NCBI GenBank assembly: GCA_018985225.1 | Contig: JADGIF010000176.1 | Coordinates: 1-15,814 of the forward strand | Length of the DNA: 15,814 nt | Direction of reading: 5' to 3' | DNA from: Amoeboradix gromovi X-113 | Lineage: Eukaryota > Fungi > Sanchytriomycota | In this document: in pieces, positions 1-7,632 of the stretch | How the letters are laid out: each line of letters begins with the position of its first letter | Numbering within the stretch: position 1 is the stretch's first letter | The notes under the pieces: model-generated | Database searches by the model: none | Told to the model about the DNA's origin: nothing | What the model saw: the letters and a program-made list of their open reading frames with translations, nothing else | Program-made: the position numbers and the translations under genes

Positions 1-155
1 TGATTTGCTTGCTCTTGAGGTTAGACTGAAAGTAGAGGATCGGTAACAACGAGCTGCCGCCAAAAGCGCAAATGATACAATATAGGACGTTCTACTGGAG
101 TAAATCCGCCTTCTTACGTGTTTGTTTTGATAAGTCCGGATTCTCCTCGTTAAAA

Positions 156-275
156 GTCCTGATTTCCGAGAAAATCGAGAATTCCCACAGAGAAATAGCA
201 GTGCTAGTTTCTCCATTACAGTGATTGCTCACGCTTTCACTACCCTGAGGTGGCATTGAATAAGGATGCATATAC
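156..275 (-). ncRNA. Putative Fanzor omegaRNA scaffold / transposon right-end region
   Basis: Lies directly downstream of the RuvC-III motif, where TnpB/Fanzor omegaRNAs are encoded. It contains a hairpin at 190-213 (GAGAAA-TAGC...GCTA-G-TTTCTC), and a homologous copy recurs at 5921-6028. Boundaries and expression are inferred. Confidence 0.5.
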
Positions 276-286
276 TTGATGTATAT

Positions 287-510
287 GTTCCTTGCAGCCA
301 CATGATCTCTATCTATCTCCAAATGACACTTTGTACATGTTCAGGTTTCTAAATTGGTTTTCTTTAGAGTACCATACCTCGTACATGGCATCGAATTTAT
401 TCCTTGGTGCCATGTGGTCCATGTCGACTTCCAAATGACACTATGTACATTAATAGCTCTCCAAATTGGTTTTCTTTAGAGTGCCACATATTGTACATGG
501 CATCTAATTT
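287..510 (-). pseudogene. Decayed TnpB/Fanzor (probably Fanzor2-like) nuclease C-terminus, as two tandem 112-bp copies
   Basis: Minus strand from 398 downward reads SMPCTRYGTLKKTNLET*TCTKCHLEIDRDHVAARNIYIKYM. The 510-399 copy reads MPCTICGTLKKTNLESY*CT*CHLEVDMDHMAPRN. Both show the CxxC...CxxC zinc ribbon followed by the DRDxxAARNI RuvC-III motif typical of TnpB/Fanzor. There are internal stops, a 112-nt (non-triplet) offset and no N-terminal part. Confidence 0.85.
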
Positions 511-758
511 CCATCTTTGGACCAGCTTATCAGTCTGAGACGAATGTATGCTGCACCTGCTAGTTATTTCTTTAGATTTGATTTGTTATTTGTGAAAGGA
601 AGAATATCGAGTATTTAAACTATTAGAAAAGTCTTGAAATTATACAAAAATGCATACAAATTCGCGATAAATGATTTATTCAAGAAAATAGTCGAGCTGT
701 ATGGTATGCCCCCTATTTATAATTGAGAAAAGTTGAGTTTTTGATTCAATAGGAGGAT

Positions 759-2150
759 ATGCTCAAAATTGGATTGGAAATTCATTGCAAATTGAACACT
801 ACTAGTAAATTATTTAGTAGAGCCAAAAGTAGTGGTAGCATGAATACGGAAGTGTATCCATTTGATATTGGACTGCCCGGTAGTTTGCCAAATATCAATA
901 TGTTTGCGGTAGGCATGGCATTGAAAGCTGCGCTTGCATTTAAATGTAAAATATCTTCACCAGTAAAATTCGATAGAAAACATTATACATACCCTGATTT
1001 GTTTGTTGGATACCAAGTTACTCAAAAGTTTAATCCCCTGGGAGTGAATGGGAAAATATTAGCAGTAGGTAAAGGTGACCCGTTTGTTGTTGATATAGAG
1101 TGCATACAACTAGAACAGGATACTGCTAAAACTATAGTTGCTGAAGATGGAAAATTTTTGTTGGATGCAAATAGGGCTGGCACGCCTCTCATTGAAATAG
1201 TAACGGCTCCAAAATTGCACTCCGCGGATGATACTATTTCTACTTTGAAGGCAGTTCAGGGTATTTTAAGGATATTAAAAATAAGTGATGCAGAATTGGA
1301 GTCTGGGTCTTTTCGTTGTGATGTAAATATCTCTAAAAATGGTAACAACAGAATTGAGCTTAAAAATCTTAACAGCTTTAAGGATATTCGTAACGCAATA
1401 GAGTTTGAGTCGAGAAGACAAGATTCTGAGGATGTTGTAATGGAAACAAGAAGATGGGATGCTGTCAACCAAACGACGTTCCCTCTACGCTTAAAAGAGG
1501 CAACGAGTGACTACAGGTTCCTACCAGATGCTGATATTCCTCTGGTACATATACCGGACGATGTCATTCATAAAGTGGTTATTCCTAAACTTCCGGTAGA
1601 AACTGCTTTGGAGTTCGAGCAGAAGTATAAAATTGACAGAGTGATGGCATTCAAGATTGCGGGTGTGCCTGCTTTTCTGCAGTATTTCCGTAAACTGTCT
1701 CTACATTTTAGGCCTAAAGATATTCTCAAGTGGATAAGCGAATACGAGGGGAAAAAGAACCCCAAATCCATTTACTATGTGGAATCCCTAAGAAACAGTC
1801 CTGTTTACAATACTATTCCTCTATTTAGAATGACAGAATTTCTGTCCCTTATCGTTGATCGCAAGGTAGTGGGACTAAATACGAAAAAGTTATTTAATGA
1901 TATCATATTCAAGACAGGTTCAGTTAATGAACTTTCCACACTGTATCTTGTCGAGCCCGTGAATATAAGAATGCTAGTGGATACCGTAATGAGTCAGAAT
2001 CCCAAAGAATACAATAATTTTAAAACATCATCTGGTAAGGAAAAGAAAAAAGCGCTATCATGGCTAACTGGAAAGGTGCTAAAATTAGCAAATGGCAAGG
2101 TTGATCCGATTCAAGTGACTGCCCTTATCATGAAAGATGATGGTTCTTAA
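759..2150 (+). CDS. PET112: Glutamyl-tRNA(Gln) amidotransferase subunit B, mitochondrial type (Pet112/GatB)
   Basis: Motifs IGLEIH, FDRKHY-YPDL--GYQ-TQ, NRAGTPLIEIVT, FRCDVNIS, RIELKNLNS, ETRRWD, LRLKE---DYRFLPD and a C-terminal Yqey-like tail. IQLEQDTAK is the eukaryotic form of the bacterial HLEEDAGK. Confidence 0.96.
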   Translation: MLKIGLEIHCKLNTTSKLFSRAKSSGSMNTEVYPFDIGLPGSLPNINMFAVGMALKAALAFKCKISSPVKFDRKHYTYPDLFVGYQVTQKFNPLGVNGKILAVGKGDPFVVDIECIQLEQDTAKTIVAEDGKFLLDANRAGTPLIEIVTAPKLHSADDTISTLKAVQGILRILKISDAELESGSFRCDVNISKNGNNRIELKNLNSFKDIRNAIEFESRRQDSEDVVMETRRWDAVNQTTFPLRLKEATSDYRFLPDADIPLVHIPDDVIHKVVIPKLPVETALEFEQKYKIDRVMAFKIAGVPAFLQYFRKLSLHFRPKDILKWISEYEGKKNPKSIYYVESLRNSPVYNTIPLFRMTEFLSLIVDRKVVGLNTKKLFNDIIFKTGSVNELSTLYLVEPVNIRMLVDTVMSQNPKEYNNFKTSSGKEKKKALSWLTGKVLKLANGKVDPIQVTALIMKDDGS

Positions 2151-2159
2151 TATAAATTT

Positions 2160-3982
2160 TTATTGTGTAACTATGAAATGATGCTGCAATAACTGTATTG
2201 CACCTGGCCTATTCTCGTAATCCACTATCAGCGCTCTATCAAGAAAGTTCTTTGCACTATCGCTTATTGCTTCTGGATAAGGTGGTAATAAGTAACTTCC
2301 AATCTTAAATAATGCCTCAACCTGTCCGAGACCTGTCCAGGGATGCTCGCCGCTCAGCATTTCAATCATCAGGCATGCCAAGCTCCATATGTCACCCTTT
2401 TCAGTGTATTTCATAAGTTTTACTACCTCCGGTGCCATCCAATAAACACTGCCTTTCAAGTTCATTTTGTTACCTGCCATTGATAGCGGTTGGTCATCAT
2501 TTTTGAGCTTGGTGGATATCCCAAAATCTGATATTTTTACCATTCCCTTGTTATCTATTAATATGTTTCCGCTCTTAATATCTCTATGGATTATTCCCTG
2601 ATTGTGTAAATACTCCAAGCCCAATAAACTCTGTTTAATAAAGCTTTTGACTAACATTTCTTCAAATGCACCATAATTTTCCTAAGTAAGTAGAGAACTA
2701 CTAGCAAACCTTGCACGCTTCCGCCGGCTACATACTCCAGAAAAATGTTCAAATTATTATCCTGCATCTGGGAGCCCAAATACCTTACAATGTGGGGATG
2801 GTTTAATTGCTTCAATAATGCGATTTCATGTTGAAGAGCTCTATACATTCTTGTTTTTTGCTCGTAATTAGGTCCATCTTCCGAAGGCATTTCAACTAGC
2901 TTTATAGCTAATAATTCACCGTTGATGGCATTCATGCCTAAATAAACTGAACCAAAACTGCCTTTTCCAATGAGATTACCTTTAATGAATTTGATGGGTC
3001 CCGCAGATACTATATTAGTTGGGGAGTCGGGGAGACTCTCAGAGTGATCATCTTTGCTTGTATTTATTTTTAAATCTGGTTTACGATCAGACTTGGCTCT
3101 TCTTGGACTAGCACCACTATCAGGGGTGTTAACAGTAGTGGAAAGTAAACTACTTGGACTAGATCCGTCCATATTGATTGCAGACATATCCGGAATACGG
3201 GACACTCGTTTGATTTCAGCCATTGTCTCGCGAGGAAAGTAATTTTGAAGATTTGTAGTGATTAAATTGGAAGGAGGTCTATCACCAAAGAACTTGTTCA
3301 ACTTAACAGATTGCTTAGGCGTGGAAGGTGACGGTACTTTGCCATCAAAATCCTCACCAAAAAAGTTTTCTAGCTTATGTACTTTTCGAGTTTTCTGGGG
3401 CGTAACAATATGCTTTTTCCTCAGCACCAATTTGTCTTTTTCTGATTTATTATTTTGAATTATAGAGAGCAGATCCACATCTGTGATTACATGTGTAGAT
3501 CCGTCTCCCACAAACAACAGATTGTAAAGGTGCAGATTAGATTCTGGAATTAGACCAAATCTGTTTAATATTTTACTCATGATATCTTTGTAGCTCATTT
3601 GATCGCTAACTCCAACTTGCACAGTCTGATTTTCTTCACCAATAATCTTTAAGACCACTCGTTGACGGTCAGAGGTAAGGTTTTCTTTCGAGCTATTTTG
3701 ACGATTGCGAATATAGGTTCTTTTAATTTCTTTGATTTTTTCTGGAGAAAAATTAGGCACATTACCGCTTAATAAGCTCCGGATCTCTTCTAGTATCTTG
3801 ATCCTGTCGCTAACTTTTACAATATTCATGTCTTTTAATAAACTGTTTTCTAATCTTAGCAAGCAGAAACCGTTTATGTGATTGTTGTAGAAATAATCTT
3901 CATATTTTTTAAGACTCAAGGTATCAAGCCAGGCTATTACATAAAATTCATCCCAATCGTTTGATATTGACATGTGGGACAT
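2160..3982 (-). CDS. STE11: Ste11-type MAP kinase kinase kinase (SAM, Ras-association, kinase). Exons 3982-2702 and 2681-2160, 600 aa
   Basis: N-terminal SAM (VIAWL..L.L.KY...F..N.I.G..LL.L), Ste11 motif FFGDRPPSNLI, GKGSFG, AIK, HRDIKSGN, DFG, GSVYWMAPE. The two ORFs join in frame via a 20-nt intron, giving GGSVQGLL/ENYGAFEEMLVKSF. Confidence 0.95.
2682..2701 (-). other. 20-nt spliceosomal intron in STE11
   Basis: Minus strand GTAGTTCTCTACTTACTTAG, phase 0. Removal restores the kinase subdomain V-VIa sequence. Confidence 0.92.
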
Positions 3983-4567
3983 ACTCGACAGAAACTAGAC
4001 AAACGTTTTAAAAAAAATGTCTCAAAAATTGGATATTAGCACCAATCTGACAAAATGCTACCGTTTCGCTTTGACCATATTTTCTATTTTACAAGCTAAT
4101 AATTACATTAAATACCAAAGAGTAAAATGTAAACTCGAATTTTTTTGCTTTTGCTATTCGCATGGTATATCAGCTCTGGTTGTTGAAATGACCCAATTTT
4201 TGTTTACTTCGATTAAATGTCATTTCACCAAACATTTTAACTTATTTGCCATAAAGTTTTGTGAGATCTGACATACTTTGCAGATCTGGTGAAATACCCA
4301 TTGATTAGGGAAAATAACAGCTGGGTAATATTTCTGCCCTGAAAATCAGTTGCCCGATCGATATTGTTTATTGCGACTCATTAATTTTGACGGCTTAAAT
4401 TCGGTGGTTTTCCTCTAAACTATTATCGTAACAAAGATGCGGACAACTCTTTATATCTGGAATAATTACTATGATGCTTAATGGGAAGATTACAGGTGCA
4501 TTCCAAGCGATGGATAAGAATTTTAAATTAAGACAAAGTGCAGCATGTATTTCACTCATTTTATTAA

Positions 4568-4948
4568 AAATTATTGTTTCATGGCAGAAGCTACTTTTGC
4601 CGGAAACGCATTCTTGCAAACGTTACTGGTTTGGATATTTTCTATTACATAGGTCATATAGGGAGTGGGGTTTATGCTACATCTCTAAGGTAAGCTAATC
4701 AGAGCAAAAGATTAAGAGACTTACTCAAATCCAATGTTTCTCTATTGCTATTAGATGTCCCTCATATAGACAAGGTGTATCACGTTATGGAAACATTACA
4801 CTAAATACATTCAGAACTTCAAAGAGTTCACTGCATTTCTGTTTTGTACTTTGGATCGTATTTGAGAAGTATCTCAAGCACAACGATGTGGTCTTTGAAC
4901 AGGCAAGTAGATGTAATCATTCAATTTTATTTAAATAGGTATCTCTGA
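4568..4948 (+). pseudogene. Possible PARP-like ADP-ribosyltransferase relic (or unresolved multi-intron gene)
   Basis: One frame reads LLFHGRSYFCRKRILANVTGLDIFYYIGHIGSGVYATSLR*ANQSKRLRDLLKSNVSLLLLDV, resembling the PARP-type LLxHG...GxGxY...LLLxxV motifs. In-frame TAA at 4691 and 4802. Confidence 0.4.
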
Positions 4949-5082
4949 TATCGACTTTAACAGAATAGAACATTTATGAACATTTCAAGAATTTCATGTC
5001 ACAAATGGCTCCAGGCTTTATCACTAAGCGACATAAACAGCAGCATCTAAACTTTCAAAATTGTGGAAAATGTAGTTCGAGT

Positions 5083-5593
5083 GGGACACCAAATATAAAA
5101 ACTAGACTAACTCGTTTTTAAAGGTGCACCATACGGAGGAAATGCTATCATTAATAAAAGATCTTCTATTATACCAAGATTCTTTCATTAATTGTATTCC
5201 TCTTTTCAAAATAAAAGTAGAAGACCCTGCATCTCGTTTAAACATATGAGGTCTTTGAGCAACTAAGCAAAAGGTGCATTTTCCTAGACGGGATTCTTTT
5301 CTAGAGTCATTTTGTAATGTTATACTAACATCATTGCTCTTATCTATTTCTTTGAAGTGCAATAGTGATATTTTATTTGAAATAAAGATTGGATGAACGA
5401 GTAAGAGAATAGCTGTACAGAATATTTATTTTTGAAATTTCGATACAAAAAGTTATTTATTTTCCTTTTATACTCGTCAACTCCGCAACTAGCTGAATGT
5501 CCACTCGCCTCTTAAATCCATAAAACTAATAAAGCTGAAATAATGTTCAAAGTTGTTACAGAAAGTTAGTCCAGTTTTTATATTTGATGTCCC
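5083..5593. mobile_element. MITE / non-autonomous DNA transposon, 511 bp, GGG...CCC termini
   Basis: 5082-5112 (TGGGACACCAAATATAAAAACTAGACTAACT) and 5564-5594 form a 31-bp inverted repeat with 2 mismatches. No transposase is recognisable. A second copy starts at 15658. Confidence 0.9.
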
Positions 5594-5920
5594 ATATGTA
5601 AGCGAGCAGTATAAGGGACCCAGTTTCAGAAAAGGTCCCCAACCTCAAGTCAGATCCTGGAAAGATATGAGAGTACGATAATATGGCATCAAGCCTTTCT
5701 CAATATGAAAAACGCACTGGCGATATCTCTTTCAAAATAGCTTCGCTGATTAGCACTCGAGCACATGTTGCAATATCTCAACCAATAACCATTTTCATAT
5801 TCTGCTTTATGTCTTTCTTTCTTATCTCATTGCATGAAGATGCCGGATTCTTAGTGTGGTTTCTAGGTGTTCTTCCTACTTGGAAATCAGGACATTTTGT
5901 AAGTATGGATCTCATGCTTA

Positions 5921-6028
5921 AAATATATGATCCGTGTACCGCCTCAGGGTAGTGTAAGCACACTGAAATAATGCGACTGGCCCTTAAGTTTATAAGCGGA
6001 AAATTTCGAATGTTTAGCAAACTACAAC
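5921..6028 (+). repeat. Diverged second copy of the Fanzor 3'-end / putative omegaRNA region, without nuclease coding sequence
   Basis: CCTCAGGGTAGTG at 5942-5954 exactly matches the minus strand of 238-250. 5961-6028 aligns without gaps to the minus strand of 223-156 at about 40 of 68 positions (hand count). An upstream TATATG-ATCC is also shared. Confidence 0.7.
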
Positions 6029-6062
6029 ATTTTATGTGGAGACGAAGGAACAAACAAGGACT

Positions 6063-7586
6063 ATGACATTTGCATCACAGAAAAGAGGCGCTATGCCTGA
6101 ATGGTACGTTAAAAAGTCTAAGCAAAAGAGAGAGCTTTTAATTACTAAATGCAAGCAGGTTTGGGAAAAAGCGAGAGTTGGTCATTTGTCTGATAAAGAT
6201 AGAAAACCATTGGTTGAAGAATTAATGAATGGAATTACAGGGCATATAGAGGAAGTAGTATTCAAGCATGACGCTAGTCGCATGGTTCAATGTTGTATTA
6301 AGTATGGTACACCTCAGGACATATCTCATATATATGAAGAGCTTAAACCTAGAATGTTGGAACTAATTAAATCGACATATGGAAAATATATTGTACTTGC
6401 TTTTATGAATCACTTGAAGTCTTTGAGACCTGATATTATGGATTTATGTAAAGGAAGAGTGGAAGAATTGCTAAAAAACAAAGATAGCGCATACATGATA
6501 GAAGTCATTTACCACACTTACGCCAGTCCGAAACAGAAAAAGGCGATGCTCTCTGAGTTGTACTGTGTACAGGTTAAGAAATCTCCTCAATACTCTGGAA
6601 TGACTTTAGCTAAAGTAATCGAAACTGCACCGTCTTTAAAGGTGGTTATCAAGGACCATATGAAGAAGCTTCTATTTGCACTGGTTCAAAAGGGTGGACT
6701 GGGTGACATGACCATCATCTTGAAGGCATTGTGGGAATATTTATCATTGTTTCAAGATGATGATTTTGTTGAATTATTACAAGAGCAAATCATTGAATTC
6801 CTTCATCACAAGGATGGTATGTGTATAGCCAATTTTCTAATAAGGAGATCCACTGCCAAACATCGTAAAACTATTTTAAAGACCTTTAAGCCGCATTTGA
6901 TAAAAGTCTGGAAGGAAGAGTATGGTCATTTGGTTTTGATTACCGCTTTCGATTGCGTTGATGATACTAAAATGCTGCAGAAAAATCTTATCACAGACGT
7001 TGCCATTAATATTGATGGACTTGACTTGCTGACTTGTCAATATGCAAGAAGAGTCGTATCTTTTTTGCTAACTAAAAGTACTAAGCTGGTCCCTAATAAC
7101 TATGCTACAATGCTGCGTGATGATAAAGCATTATCTTTGGATACTTCAAAGAAGGAGAGTGCTGTCAGGTTCAATGAACTGAAAGATTCCTGTGAAGCGG
7201 AATTCACAAAATATATTACTACAAACATGCATCTGTTCTTAGCGTCTGATGCATGTACCTTGGTTGAATCATTAATCGTGTTTGGCAACAGCGACTTAAG
7301 TACCGCAATACTGAGGAAGGTATTTCAGTGTGCACAGCATGATTTGGAATTGCTAAAGAACAACAAGTTTGGAAAGATGGTCACTAGAATACTTAAATCA
7401 GAGAAAAATGAAGCACTTTCAGACTTGTTTGTACCATTTTTAAGTGAAAACTTAACCGCGCTTGTCAATACAGATGCCAAGTACATGCTGTCCTCATTTG
7501 CTAAAGGAAACCAATGTTTTATGGATAAAATGAAATCTTTGGATAATGAAAATGAAGCGGTTGAATACATCAACAAAGAAGAATAA
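6063..7586 (+). CDS. PUF6: Pumilio-homology nucleolar protein Puf6/PUM3
   Basis: K-VWE--R, FKHDASRMVQCCIKYG, STYGKYIV, E-YGHLVL---FDCVDDTK, YARR, DTSKKE--VRF-EL. The start is placed at the first ATG (6063) rather than the GTG at 6036. Confidence 0.93.
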   Translation: MTFASQKRGAMPEWYVKKSKQKRELLITKCKQVWEKARVGHLSDKDRKPLVEELMNGITGHIEEVVFKHDASRMVQCCIKYGTPQDISHIYEELKPRMLELIKSTYGKYIVLAFMNHLKSLRPDIMDLCKGRVEELLKNKDSAYMIEVIYHTYASPKQKKAMLSELYCVQVKKSPQYSGMTLAKVIETAPSLKVVIKDHMKKLLFALVQKGGLGDMTIILKALWEYLSLFQDDDFVELLQEQIIEFLHHKDGMCIANFLIRRSTAKHRKTILKTFKPHLIKVWKEEYGHLVLITAFDCVDDTKMLQKNLITDVAINIDGLDLLTCQYARRVVSFLLTKSTKLVPNNYATMLRDDKALSLDTSKKESAVRFNELKDSCEAEFTKYITTNMHLFLASDACTLVESLIVFGNSDLSTAILRKVFQCAQHDLELLKNNKFGKMVTRILKSEKNEALSDLFVPFLSENLTALVNTDAKYMLSSFAKGNQCFMDKMKSLDNENEAVEYINKEE

Positions 7587-7632
7587 ATTGTTATACTCAA
7601 GACTTAATTTTTCTTATTGGCCTACTTAAAAC

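Noticed and set aside
1-150. Coding-like frame with TAA/TAG stops (DR*QRAAAKSANDTI*DVLLE*IRLL), suggesting a TAR=Gln genetic code or RIP-like mutation
   Set aside because: The conserved genes end in TAA/TAG and contain none internally, so the code is standard. Differences between the repeat copies are not dominated by C-to-T changes. At most an unidentifiable decayed fragment.
287-510. Tandem repeats as a CRISPR array
   Set aside because: The units are contiguous, diverged coding duplications without repeat-spacer structure, in a eukaryotic context.
751-756. AGGAGG before the GatB ATG, suggesting a Shine-Dalgarno site and a bacterial origin
   Set aside because: Only 2 nt from the ATG, the protein has eukaryotic Pet112 signatures, and the neighbouring genes are eukaryotic.
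4271-4395. U1 snRNA candidate (ATACTT start, Sm-like site)
   Set aside because: Lacks ACTTACCTG and recognisable U1-70K/U1A loops.
4017-4698. Short ORFs 4017-4271, 4395-4619 and 4471-4698
   Set aside because: No recognisable motifs; composition as expected for chance ORFs in AT-rich DNA.
5102-5362. 86-aa ORF inside the MITE as a transposase
   Set aside because: Non-ATG start, no DDE or DNA-binding motif recognisable, and the region is partly deleted in the second copy.
5615-5639. GGGACC...GGTCCC hairpin beside the MITE
   Set aside because: Only 6 bp and no other support.
5843-5851. CCGGATTCT shared with the flank of the first Fanzor relic, as a possible guide-target match
   Set aside because: A 9-nt match is too short to distinguish from chance.
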